A stretch of 64,000 nt of DNA from an uncultured Candidatus Rokubacteria bacterium (GCA_963747235.1 CAVVEU010000008.1:352001-416000); one strand, 5' to 3'. Shown: positions 31,660 to 42,628, counted from the first letter of the stretch. Notes: generated from the sequence alone by a model not told the origin. Made by a program: numbers and translations.

Positions 31660-32484
31660 ATGGACGCGCGCGTCGAGGGGCTCGGGCTCGGCTCGATCCA
31701 GGAGATCAACGCGCTGCCGCGCGAGGTCGTCGGAGGCGCTCTACGCGCGCCTGGTGCCGGAGGAGCTGCTCGACCGCTTCGCCATCGACCCGCTCACGCT
31801 CTGCGACAAGGCGGGCGCGCGCCTGGTGCGGGTGACCGCCCCCGCGGACAGCCGTGGGCGCGCGTGGAGGTGCGGTCGAGCCCGGAGGACCGCGATCCCG
31901 CCCTGCTGGTGGACGTGGAGATGTCGCCGCTCTCGGTGCCGGAGCTGGCCTTCGTGCAGATCACCGACCCCGCGGGCGCCCGCTACGCGATCGACCGCGA
32001 CCCGGACGGCCGGGACACGCTCTTCGGCACCATCTGCCGCAACATCGACGAGGAGCGCCGCGCGATGCGGGATGGCCTCGCGCCCGGCCAGGTGCGGCGC
32101 GGCCTGCGCCTGCTCTCCCGCGTGCTCGACGCGATGGAGGGCTTCTGCGCGCTCATCGGCAAGGAGATCTACCTCATCGAGCCGCTCTTCTACCACTCCG
32201 CGATCCTCTACGAGCGCCGGGGCTGCGGCTACCTGATGGGGCGCGACGTGATGGAGTCGATCCACGCCGGCTTCGGGGACGGCGGCCCGCTGCTGGGGGC
32301 GCTCGACGCCTCCTCCGCCTTCCGCGCTCCGGAGGCCGCGCGGAGCGTGCGCGGGCGGAGCTGGGCCATCCACGACGGCGTCGGCGACGGGCTCTGGGCC
32401 GGTGGGGCGGTGGGCGGAGTGAAGATGTACAAGGTGGCCGGCCGGCAGGCGGGGATCAACACCTTCCCGGGCGCGACCTACTGA
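31660..32484 (+). CDS. Hypothetical protein, possible GNAT-like fold (frameshifted)
   Basis: Host-like codon usage; GLAPGQVRRGLR and EPLFYHSAILYERRGCGY motifs. Confidence 0.7.
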   Translation: MDARVEGLGLGSIQEINALPREVVGGALRAPGAGGAARPLRHRPAHALRQGGRAPGAGDRPRGQPWARVEVRSSPEDRDPALLVDVEMSPLSVPELAFVQITDPAGARYAIDRDPDGRDTLFGTICRNIDEERRAMRDGLAPGQVRRGLRLLSRVLDAMEGFCALIGKEIYLIEPLFYHSAILYERRGCGYLMGRDVMESIHAGFGDGGPLLGALDASSAFRAPEAARSVRGRSWAIHDGVGDGLWAGGAVGGVKMYKVAGRQAGINTFPGATY

Positions 32485-32512
32485 GCCCGAACCGCCGGGA
32501 TATACTGTCCCG

Positions 32513-33761
32513 GTGACCAGACCGACGCCACCGCGGCTGCCATCGTCCACTACCACGAGATCAGCCTCAAGCGCGGTAACCGGCCGCTCTTCCTCCGCCA
32601 GCTCCACCAGAACCTGCTCCGCGCGATCGGCGACCTCGGGCCGGTGGAGCTGGTCCAGCTCTCCGGGCGCATCATGCTCGATCTCTCGCGCCACCCGGCG
32701 CCGCACGCTCCTGCCCGAGCGGCTGGCGCGGGTCGCGGGCGTGGCCAACTTCGCCCTCGCGATCCGGACCGGCGTCTCCCGCGAGGCGCTGCGGGCCGCG
32801 GTGGAGCAGGCGATCGCGGGCCGCGTCTTCGGCTCCTTCCGGATCACCGCCCGGCGCGCCTTCAAGACCTTCCCGATGACCTCGGTGGAGCTCAACCGCG
32901 ACCTGGGCGCCCACGTGCTCGCGCTGCGGCCCGACGTGCGGGTGAGCCTCGAGCATCCGGAGCTGAACGTGCGCGTGGAGGTGCTGCCCGACGAGGCCTT
33001 CGTCTACTGCGACCCGCAGCCGGGCGCGGGCGGGCTGCCGGTGGGCACGGGCGGGACGGTGGCCGCCCTGCTCTCGGGCGGCATCGACTCGCCGGTGGCC
33101 GCGTGGCGCCTCATGCGGCGCGGCTGCCGGGTGGTCTTCGTGCACTTCCACAGCGCGCCGTACCTGCCGGATCTCTCGCGCGGCAAGGCCCGCGAGCTCG
33201 TGGCGCGCCTGACCCAGTGGCAGTACCACTCGCGCCTGTTCATCGTGCCCTTCGGCGAGATCCAGCGGGAGGTCGTGCTGGCGGTGCCGCCGCCCTTCCG
33301 CGTCGTGGTCTACCGCCGGCTGATGGTGCGCATCGCGGAGCGCCTGGCGCGGCACGCGGGCGCGCTCGCGCTCGTCACCGGGGAGAGCCTGGGGCAGGTG
33401 GCCTCGCAGACGCTCCACAACCTGACGCGCATCGACGAGGCGGCCGCGATGCCGATCCTCCGGCCGCTGATCGGCATGGACAAGATCGAGATCACCGGGC
33501 AGGCCCAGGCGCTCGGAACCTACGAGATCTCCATCGAGCCGGACGCGGACTGCTGCACGCTCTTCACGCCGCGGCATCCCGCCACCCGGATGGAGGCGGA
33601 TGCGGTCGCGGCGCTGGAAGCGCGGCTCGACTCTCGAGCGCCTCGTGACCCAGGGCGTGGAGGCGGCCGAGCAGGAGCTGTTCGAGTTCCCCGCCGGGGC
33701 GGGCCCGTACCCGCCGCGCGGCGCGGCCCGCCGGCCCCTGACGGAGCCCGTCTCCGAGTGA
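32513..33761 (+). CDS. thiI: tRNA 4-thiouridine synthase ThiI, THUMP plus PP-loop, no rhodanese domain (frameshifted)
   Basis: YHEISLKRGNR, GGLPVGTGG, LLSGGIDSPVA, TGESLGQVASQT, DCC. Confidence 0.93.
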
Positions 33762-35141
33762 CCACGAACCTGACCTTCCTCGGGGGGGCCGGGGGCACGG
33801 TCACCGGCTCCAAGCACCTGCTCGAGAACGGAGAGAGCCGCGTCCTCCTCGACTGCGGCCTCTTCCAGGGCCTGAAGGAGCTGCGCCGGCGCAACTGGGC
33901 GCCGCCGCCGGTGGACCCGCGCACGCTCGGCGCGGTGATCCTGAGCCACGCTCACATCGATCACTCGGGCTACCTGCCGCGGCTCTGCCGCGACGGCTTC
34001 ACCGGGCCGATCTACTGCACGCCGGGCACGGCCGATCTCCTCAAGGTGATGCTGCCGGACGCGGCGCATCTCCAGGAGGAAGAGGCCGAGTTCGCCAACC
34101 GGCACCACACCAGCAAGCACGACCCGGCGCTGCCGCTCTACACGACGGAGGACGCCGCGCGCGCGCTCGCCCAGGTGAAGCGCGTGGACTTCGGCCACCC
34201 GTTCACCGCCACGCGCGGGGTCGAGGCGCGCTTCACCCCGTCCGGGCACATCCTGGGCGCGGGCCTCGTCACGTGCGAGATCGGCGGCCGCCGGCTCGTG
34301 TTCTCCGGCGATCTCGGCCGCTACGACGTGCCGATCATGGTGGATCCCGAGCCGGTGGCCGAGGCCGACGTGCTGCTGGTGGAGTCCACCTACGGCAACC
34401 GGGTGCACCCGCCCGACGATCCGGCCGACCGGCTGATCGCGGCGGTGCGCCGGGCGGTCGACCAGAAGGGCTGGCTGCTCATTCCCGCCTTCGCGGTCGG
34501 CCGCTCGCAGGAGATCCTCTACGATCTGCGCGAGCTCGAGCAGCGCCGGGCGATCCCGAGCCTCCCGGTCTTCCTCGACAGCCCCATGGGCATCCAGGCC
34601 ACCGCGATCTACGCGGCCCACACCGAGGAGCACGACCCGGCGCTCGCGCGGGTCGTGGCGGGCGGCGCCGCGCCGTTCGCCCCGCGGCAGTTCAAGCTCT
34701 CGCGCACGGTGGAGGATTCCAAGAGTCTGAACGACACCGCGGGGCCCGGCATCATCGTCGCGGGCAGCGGCATGGCCACCGGCGGCCGCATCCTCCACCA
34801 CCTCAAGCGCCTGCTGCCGGATCCGAAGACCACGGTGCTCTTCGTCGGCTACCAGGCGGCGGGCACGCGGGGCCGGCTGCTGAAGGACGGTACCGCCGAG
34901 ATCCGGATGCTCGGCGCGGTGGTCCCGGTGCAGGCCACGATCATGGTGAGCGACGCCTACTCCGCCCACGCCGATCGCGAGGAGATCCTGCGCTGGCTCG
35001 GCGGGTTCAAGCGCCCGCCCGGGCATGACGTACGTCGTGCACGGCGAGGCGGACGCGGCGGAGGCGCTGCGGGACGCGATCGCGACCCGCCTCGGCTGGA
35101 ACGCGGCCGTCGCCCAGGACGGCCAGCGCGTGACGCTCTGA
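33758..35141 (+). CDS. MBL-fold beta-CASP ribonuclease
   Basis: TVTGSKHL, SHAHIDHSG, GHILG, ESTYG, PAFAVGRSQ, YSAHAD, VHGE. Confidence 0.92.
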
Positions 35142-36519
35142 GCGGGCGCCCTCCGTCCTGGGCGTATCGCGCGGTCCGGGCGCTGGCCCGGCTCCTCACC
35201 GCCGTCTTCTATCACCGGGTGGACGTGATCGGCGCCGAGCGCATCCCGCGCGCGGGTCCGCTCATCGTGGCCGCCAACCACCACAACGCGCTCGTGGACG
35301 GGGTGCTGCTGCTGGCCACGCTGCCCCGCCGCCTCGTCTCGGTGGCCAAGGCGCCGCTCTTCTCCAATCCGCTGATCGGGCCGTTCCTCCGGCTGATCGG
35401 CGCGCTGCCGGTTCACCGCCGGCAGGACGGCGGCACCGATCCGGCGCGGAACGACCGGCTCTTCGCGGCCTCCACCGCGACTCTCCGCGGTGGCGACGCG
35501 ATCCTGATCTTCCCCGAGGGCGTGAGCCAGCCCGAGCCCACGCTGATGCCGCTCCGCACCGGCGCCGCCCGCATGCTGCTCGCCGCGGAGGCGGATGCGG
35601 TCGGGCCCGTGACGCTGCTGCCGGTCGGGCTCATGTTCCACGAGCCGGGCACGTTCCGCACCGGTTGGGCCCTGATCGCGGTGGGCCTGAGCCGGTGGAG
35701 ACCGCGGACCAGGTGGCGCTCGCGAAGAGCCAGCCCGAGGAGGCGGCGCGCCGTCTCACCGCCCGGCTCGGCGAGGCGCTGCGCGGCCTCATCGCGGAGG
35801 TGGACGATCGCGAGACGCTCCGGCTGGTCGAGCACGCGGAGCGGCTCTGGCGCCAGGAGCGGGACGGGGGCGCGCCGCGCGACGCGGCCGCGAGCGCCGA
35901 CTGGCGCCGCCGCGCCACGCGCGCCTATCGCTATCTCATCCACCACGACCCGGCCGGGATCGAGATCCTCCGGGGGCTGGTGGAGCGCTACGTCAAGGAC
36001 GTGGAGGCCGCCTCCCTCGGCACCGCGGTCGGGCTCAGGCCGCCGGGCGCGCGCGTGGTGCTGCCCTACGCGGTGCGCCAGCTCGCGATCCTGCTGGGCG
36101 GCCTGCCGCTCGCGCTCTGGGGCCTGGCCAGTCACGCGGTGCCGTACTGGCTCACGTGGGCGGCGGCGAAGCTGCTCCGGCCCGCGCCGGACGTGGAGGC
36201 CACCTACAAGCTGGTGGCGGGCGTGGTCATGTATCCGCTCGCGTGGATCGCCGAGGGCTGGCTGCTCTGGCGGTGGGGCGGCGGGTGGCCGCTCGCGCTC
36301 TTCGCCCTCCTGCTCATCCCGGGTGGCTTCTTCGCGCTCGCGTGGAGCGAGCGGCTGCGCCGCCTCTATCGCGAGAGCCGCGCGCTGCTCCGGCTCCTGG
36401 TGGACCGCGACCTCGGGCGGCACCTGGGCGGGCGCCGGCGGGCCATCCTGGACGAGATGGAGCGCGCGGTGGCGCGCGTGCCCGAGCCGGTGCTGGCCGG
36501 CCGCGAGGAGCCTAGCTGA
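35138..36519 (+). CDS. Lysophospholipid/glycerol acyltransferase with C-terminal membrane domain; start uncertain, possibly CTG
   Basis: ANHHNALVD, IFPEGVS, LRTGAAR. Confidence 0.85.
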
Positions 36520-37755
36520 TGAACGTGCGCGCGATCGTGGCCTGGACGCTCTACGACTTCGCGAACTCCGCGTTCGCGGCGGTGATCTTCGCCACGATCT
36601 ATGCCGCGTACTACGCCCTCGGGGTCGTCGGCAACGAGGGCGGGGCGGGGGATCTCTGGTGGGGACGCGTCGTCTCCGTCTCCATGGGGCTGGTGGCGCT
36701 GACGTCGCCCTTCCTGGGCGGCGTGGCCGATCGCGCGGGCATCCGCCGGCCCGCTCTTCATCGGCTTCACCGCGGTGGCGGTGGCCGCCACCGCGCTCAT
36801 GACCACGGTGGAGCCCGGGATGATCGTCTGGGGCTTCGTGCTGGGCGTGATCGGCAACTTCGCCTACGAGAGCGCGCTCGTCTACTACAACGCCTACCTG
36901 CCGGACCTGGCCCCGCCGAGCCATCAGGGCCGCGTGTCGGGCTGGGGGTTCGCGGTCGGCTACGCGGGCTCGATCGCGGCGCTGCTGGCCGCGCTGCCCT
37001 TCGTGCGCGCCCGCAACTACGAGGGCGCCTTCCTCGCGACGGCCGCGCTCTACGCGGTCTTCTCGCTCCCCGCCTTCTTCCTGCTCCCGGCGGCGCCGAG
37101 CGGCCGGGTGCCGGTGCTGCGGGCCGCGCGCGAGGGCGCGGCGCAGGTGGTGGCCACCGCGCGCCGGATCCTGGCCCTGCCGGACCTGCGCCGCTTCCTG
37201 GGCGCCTACTTCATCTACGAGGACGGGGTCAACACCGTCATCGCCTTCTCGGGCATCTTCGCGGCCCAGACGCTCGGCTTCCCGATGGAGCGGCTCATCG
37301 TCGCTCTACATCGTGGTGCAGATCTCGGCCCTCATCGGCGCGCTCGCCTGGGCGCGGCCGACCGACGTGCTCGGCCCGCGCCGGGTGGTGATGATCACCC
37401 TCTGCCAGTGGTCGGCCGTCGTGGTCGCCGCCTACTTCGTCGAGACCCAGGGGCAGTTCTGGGTGCTGGCGGTGGTGGCGGGCACCGGCCTCGGGGCGGT
37501 GCAGGCGGCGAGCCGGGCGTTCCTGGCCCGTCTGGCGCCCCCGGGGATGCAGGCCGAGCTGTTCGGCTTCTACTCGCTCTGCGGCAAGAGCGCGGCGGTC
37601 ATGGGCCCGCTCGTCTTCGGCGGCATCTCCCACGCGGCGGGGGGCAATCAGCGGGCCGGCATCCTGGCCATCGGCTCCTTCTTCGTGATCGGCCTCGCCT
37701 CTGCCTCTCGCGAGTCAAAGCCGGCGGGAAAGCCCCACCGGTAGCGTCGTCTTGA
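36519..37755 (+). CDS. MFS transporter (UMF1/Atg22-like)
   Basis: WTLYDFANSAF, YYNAYLPDL, YEDGVNT, ELFGFYSLCGKS. Confidence 0.88.
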
Positions 37756-37781
37756 CACTCAACCCCGACGGAGCGTAAGGT
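37752..37781 (+). promoter_or_regulatory. Promoter of rpiB-glyA-nrdR, probably leaderless
   Basis: TTGACA-18 bp-TAAGGT, 6 nt before GTG 37788. Confidence 0.55.
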
Positions 37782-37787
37782 TGGCGC

Positions 37788-38254
37788 GTGGTTTCCACCA
37801 TCGCCCTCGGAGCCGATCACGCCGGCTGGGAGCTAAAGGAAGCCCTCAAGGGCTGGCTCATGGACCACGGCTACCAGGTGCTCGACTTCGGCACCCACTC
37901 CCCGGACTCGGTGGACTACCCCGACTACGCGGCCCTGGTGGGCGAGTCCGTGGCCGATCGGCAAGGTGGAGCGCGGCGTCCTGGTCTGCGGCACCGGCAT
38001 CGGCATGACCATCGCCGCCAACAAGGTCCCGGGCGTCCGCGCGGCCCTCTGCGGCGACCTCTACACCGCGCGGATGAGCCGCGAGCACAACGACGCCAAC
38101 GTGCTCGTGCTGGGCGGCCGGCTGATCGGGCGCCGACATGGCGGCGGACATCCTCCAGGCGTGGCTCGAGACGGACTTCGCGGGCGGCCGCCACGCGCGC
38201 CGGGTGGAGAAGATCGCCGACATCGAGCGGCGGCATCCGGAGCGCCGGTCGTGA
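37788..38254 (+). CDS. rpiB: Ribose-5-phosphate isomerase B
   Basis: [37 protein letters not shown]. Confidence 0.95.
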
Positions 38255-39500
38255 GCCACCTCGAGCAGGTCGATCCGGAGATCGCCAAGGCCATCCGGGA
38301 CGAGACCGAGCGCCAGTCGCGCAACCTCGAGCTGATCGCGTCCGAGAACTTCGTCTCCGAGGCGGTGCTGGAGGCGGTGGGCTCGGTGATGACGAACAAG
38401 TACGCCGAGGGGTACCCGGGCAAGCGCTACTACGGCGGCTGCGAGATCGTGGACATCGCCGAGGAGCTGGCGATCTGCCGCGCCAAGGAGCTCTTCGGCG
38501 CCGAGCACGTGAACGTGCAGCCGCACTCGGGATCCCAGGCCAACATGGCGGTGTACTTCACGCTGCTCAAGCCGGGCGACACCGTGCTGGGCCCGAACCT
38601 GGCGCACGGCGGGCATCTCACCGCCGGGAGCCCGATGAACTTCTCGGGCCGCTTCTACAAGATCGTCCCCTACGGCGTCACCAAGGACACCGAGCGGATC
38701 GACATGGACCAGGTGCGCGACCTGGCCCGCGCGCACCGGCCGAAGCTGATCATCGCGGGCGGCTCCGCGTTCCCGCGCGCCATCGAGTTCAAGCCGTTCC
38801 GCGAGATCGCCGACGAGGTCGAGGCCGTGCTCATGGCCGACATCGCGCATCCGGCGGGTCTGGTCGCCGCGGGGCTGCATCCCGTCGCCGGTGCCGTACG
38901 CCGACTTCGTCACCACCACCACCCACAAGACTCTACGCGGCCCGCGCGGCGGCATGGTGATGTGCCGGGCGCAGTACGCGAAGGATCTCGACCGCACCGT
39001 GCTGCCCGGCATCCAGGGCGGACCGCTGATGCACGTGATCGCGGCCAAGGCGGTGGCCTTCCGCGAGGCCCAGACGCCAGGAGTGGCGGGCGTACCAGGC
39101 GCAGATCGTGAGGAACGCGCAGGGCGCTCGCCGAGGCGATGCTGGCCCGCGGCTTCCGGCTGGTCTCGGGCGGCACCGACACGCACCTGCTGCTGGTGGA
39201 TCTCACCTCCCGCAACGTCACCGGCAAGGACGCGCAGGAGACGCTCGACCGCGCGTGGATCACGGTCAACAAGAACGGCATCCCCTTCGACACCAAGGGC
39301 CCGATGGTCACGAGCGGTATCCGCATCGGCACGCCCGCGGTGACCACCCGCGGCATGAAGGAGCCCGAGATGGCGCGGATCGCGGAGCTGATCGACCGCG
39401 TGCTCTCCCGTCCGGGAGACGGCGCGGTGGAGGCGACGGTGCGGACCAGGTCCAGGAGCTGACCTCGCAGTTCCCGCTCTACCCGGAGCGCCTCAAGTGA
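38251..39500 (+). CDS. glyA: Serine hydroxymethyltransferase
   Basis: [47 protein letters not shown]. Confidence 0.96.
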
Positions 39501-40000
39501 AGTGCCCGTTCTGCGGCCACACCGAGGACCGCGTGGTGGACTCGCGCGTCGGCCGGGACGGGGAGTTCATCCGCCGGCGCCGCGCCTGTCTCAAGTGCAA
39601 CCGCCGCTACACGACCTACGAGTACATCGAGGACGTGCTGCCCCACGTGGTCAAGCGCGACGGCCGCCGCGAGCCCTTCGACCGCCAGAAGCTGCGCGGC
39701 TCGATCCTCAAGGCCTGCGAGAAGCGCTCGGTGGGCGTGCAGGCGGTGGACGACGTGGTCGCCGACATCGAGGCCAAGCTGCACGACCGGGCCGAGAAGG
39801 AGATCACGAGCCTCGAGCTGGGCGAGATCGTGATGGAGCATCTCCAGAAGCTCGACCAGGTGGCCTACGTGCGGTTCGCCTCGGTGTACCGCCAGTTCAA
39901 GGACATCTCCCAGTTCATGGACGAGGTCAAGCACCTCATCAAGGACGACAAGCCTGCGAAGGTCGCGCCCGCGAAGCCGAAGGCCACTGCCAAGCGGTAG
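39497..40000 (+). CDS. nrdR: Transcriptional repressor NrdR
   Basis: MKCPFC, DSR, IRRRRAC, ATP-cone, VAYVRFASVY. Confidence 0.97.
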   Translation: MKCPFCGHTEDRVVDSRVGRDGEFIRRRRACLKCNRRYTTYEYIEDVLPHVVKRDGRREPFDRQKLRGSILKACEKRSVGVQAVDDVVADIEAKLHDRAEKEITSLELGEIVMEHLQKLDQVAYVRFASVYRQFKDISQFMDEVKHLIKDDKPAKVAPAKPKATAKR

Positions 40001-40007
40001 ACCACCG

Positions 40008-40040
40008 CTCACCCTGCCCTCTCCCCTGAGGGAGAGGGGG
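40008..40040 (-). repeat. REP-like palindromic element, copy 1
   Basis: CTCACCCTGCCCTCTCCCCTGAGGGAGAGGGGG; near-identical inverted copy at 46463-46499. Confidence 0.85.
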
Positions 40041-40930
40041 ATGAGGAGGGACGGCTCTTGTAGTCGTCAGCGCCACGCCGGCGATCACGCCGCAGGCGCC
40101 GATCCAGTGGTACCAGCGGATCGGCTCGCCCACCATGCAGCCAGGACAGCCCCAGCACCAGGAACGGGATGAGGTTGCGTGAACACCGCGGCCCGTCCCG
40201 GCCCCACCGTCCGCACCGCCTGGTAGAACGCGATGTGGGCCGGCGTGCCCAGCAGGGAGCTGTAGAGCACGACCACCACCGCGATCCACGAGGCCCCCGC
40301 GAAGCTCTGCCAGGGCCGCTCCAGGAGGGCCAGCGGGAGCAGCAGGCCCGCCGCCACCACGTGGGCGCCCGCCAGCACCTGGAGCGGCGAGAAGGTGGAG
40401 CGGTTGGCGCGGCTGTAGAGCGTGTAGGTCACCCAGAGCATCTGGGAGACCAGGATGATCACGTCGCCCCGGTTGGCCGATAGCGTCCGGAGGACCTCGA
40501 GCGACCCCCGCGCGATCGTCAGCACCACCGCGGCCATCGTGAGCGCGATCCCGGCCAGGTTGAGGGTCGACAGGCGCTCGCGCAGCATCGCGGAGGCGGC
40601 GAGCGCCACCACCACCGGCGCCGCCGCGCCGAGGATCCCCGCGTTGGCGGGGGTCGTGAACATCATGCCGGTGTACCAGAGCGTGGAGTTCCCCACGAAT
40701 CCGGAAACGCCCAGCACGATCACCGCGGTCAGGTCGCGACGGGCGAGCGGCGGCAGCGGGCCCTCGAGGATGCGGGAGGCGAGCACGAGCAGCGGCGCGG
40801 CGATGAGCGCGCGCAGGGCCGCGAGCGTGAGCGGGCCGAGCTCGGAGAGGCCGAGCTTGGCGAGGGGGAAGTTGCCGGCCCAGATGAGGGCCACGACGAA
40901 CAGGAGGAGGTAGGCGTCGCGATGGGTCAC
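40009..40930 (-). CDS. DMT/EamA family transporter (frameshifted, 3' end approximate)
   Basis: WAGNF, two EamA repeats, LRERLS, GDVIIL, GEPI. Confidence 0.9.
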
Positions 40931-40941
40931 GGGAGATGGAA

Positions 40942-40990
40942 CGGCCCTGCCGGGATGGGGCCGACAGGGCCGAGCGCCACGAATGGCGCC
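40942..40990 (-). terminator. Two hairpins between the Lys-rich peptide and the DMT gene
   Basis: GCGCCA-TTCG-TGGCGC followed by a CGGCCCTG...CAGGGCCG stem on the minus-strand RNA; only a weak U-tract. Confidence 0.5.
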
Positions 40991-41032
40991 TTACTTCTTC
41001 TTTTTCTTCTTCGCGGCCTTCTTCTTCGCCAT
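40991..41032 (-). CDS. 13-aa lysine-rich micropeptide MAKKKAAKKKKKK
   Basis: ATG...TAA preceded by GGAGGGGGGTGA SD and a consensus promoter; AAG-biased codons. Confidence 0.75.
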   Translation of the reverse strand: MAKKKAAKKKKKK

Positions 41033-41083
41033 GTGTGTCACCCCCCTCCCGATCCCCGCGCGTCCGGCGGTCGATCTGTCCGG

Positions 41084-41112
41084 ACTCTAGGGGAGGGCCA
41101 AAAAGGTGTCAA
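41084..41112 (-). promoter_or_regulatory. Sigma70-type promoter of the micropeptide
   Basis: Minus strand TTGACA (41112-41107)-17 bp-TAGAGT (41089-41084). Confidence 0.75.
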
Positions 41113-41192
41113 GGACAAAATACCGGATGGAGGGGTCATGGGGCGCTGCAGGCCCCATATCTTGGGGGGCCCATGTCTGAACGCGAGGACGG

Positions 41193-41873
41193 CTAGGTCT
41201 TCTCGAGCGCGGAGGACGGCTTGCGATGCTCGCGGCGCTTCACGTACTCCTGGTTGAGCGGCACGCCCTTCTTGCAGAGCGGGCAGGTCTCCGTGGTGTA
41301 CGTGGGGAAGTCGCGGCTCACCAGGCTGAAGATCTCCTTGCCGTCGATCACCGACTTCTTGGTGCGCCGCCACAGGGCGCCGATGCCGATCACCTGGCCG
41401 CCCAGCTCCTCCACGAGCTGGGAGAGCAGCCGCACGGTGGTGCCCGAGCTCACCAGGTCCTCCACGATGAGCACCTTGGTCCCGGTGCGGATGAAGCGCT
41501 GGAACTCGACGGGCAGGCTCACCCGGCGCTTGCCCGCGCTGACCCCCTTGGTGCCGTAGGCCAGGGTGGGCCGGGAGGGATGGGCGCGGGCCACGCAGTG
41601 CGACAGGATCAGGGCGCCGGGCCCGGTGGAGAGCACGACGTCGATGGGCCACTGCGCGAAGTGCTTGGCGATGACCGCGCCGAGCCCCTCCGTGAAGGAG
41701 GCCTCGGTGGTGACCAGGGTCTTCTCGATGTACTCGCTGGTGTGGTGGCCCGACGGCAGCAGGACGTGATCGTTGGCGTGGTAGGCGCCGGTGCGCTTGA
41801 GGATCTCGAGGTGGATCTTCTCCCGTACCTCGGCGTCCATCTGCGTGTTGGATTGTCGCGGCGGCGGGGCCAT
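41193..41873 (-). CDS. Type I phosphoribosyltransferase, orotate PRT-like
   Basis: LPSGHHTSEYIEK, PRPP loop VLIVEDLVSSGTTV, C-terminal CPLC; upstream TTGACA-17-CATCCT (41912-41884). Confidence 0.75.
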   Translation of the reverse strand: MAPPPRQSNTQMDAEVREKIHLEILKRTGAYHANDHVLLPSGHHTSEYIEKTLVTTEASFTEGLGAVIAKHFAQWPIDVVLSTGPGALILSHCVARAHPSRPTLAYGTKGVSAGKRRVSLPVEFQRFIRTGTKVLIVEDLVSSGTTVRLLSQLVEELGGQVIGIGALWRRTKKSVIDGKEIFSLVSRDFPTYTTETCPLCKKGVPLNQEYVKRREHRKPSSALEKT

Positions 41874-41942
41874 CAGTCGTTCCAGGATGACGGCCGGGGC
41901 GCGGCGTGTCAACTCGAAAGTGGGCGTGCTAGACTGCCGCGC

Positions 41943-42628
41943 ATGAGGCTGCTGGCGCTCGAAACCGCCACGCTCGCGGGCGGGGCCGCGCTGCTCGAGG
42001 ACGGGCACCTCGTCGGCGAGAGCCGGCTCAACATCGCGCTGACGCATTCCGAGCGGCTCATGGCCGTCGTGGACCGCCTGCTGCAGGACTGCGGGTGGGA
42101 CGTGGCGAGCCTGGACGCTCTCGCGGTGTCCATCGGGCCGGGCTCGTTCACCGGCCTGCGGGTCGGCGCGGCCACCGCCAAGGGGCTGGCCCTGGCGCTG
42201 GAGATCCCGGTGGCGCCGGTGCCCACCCTCGACGCGCTCGCCGCCACGCTGCCCTTCGCGGACGCGGCGGTGTGCCCGCTGCTCGCCGCGCGCCGCGACG
42301 AGGTCTACTGCTCGCTCTATCGCTGGACCGGTGACGGCCATGGAGCGGCAGTGGGACTACCTGGCGCTGCCGCCCGAGGCGGTCGGCCGCGCGCCTCGAG
42401 GCGCCGGTGATCGTGCTGGGCGACGGGGTCGCGGCCTGCCGGCCGTTTCTCGCCCGGCTCGGGCCCGGGCTGCGCGAGGCCGATCCCGTGCATTCCTTGC
42501 CGTCCCCGGCCGCGGTGGGCGCGCTGGGCCACGCGATCCTCGCCGCGGGCGGGGGCATCCCGGCCGAGCGGCTGACGCCGCTCTACCTGCGGCCCTCCGA
42601 GGCCGAGCTCCGGGCGCGTCATGCGTGA
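41943..42628 (+). CDS. tsaB: tRNA threonylcarbamoyladenosine biosynthesis protein TsaB
   Basis: LALETAT, HSERL, GPGSFTGLRVG, ARRDEVY, PLYLRPSEAE. Confidence 0.93.

Noticed and set aside
32513-36802. 1429-aa ThiI-MBL-acyltransferase fusion and similar long ORFs (pnp-M16, LLM-MFS, 8665-12057)
   Set aside because: Artefacts of frameshifts and overlapping stop/start codons in stop-poor GC-rich DNA.
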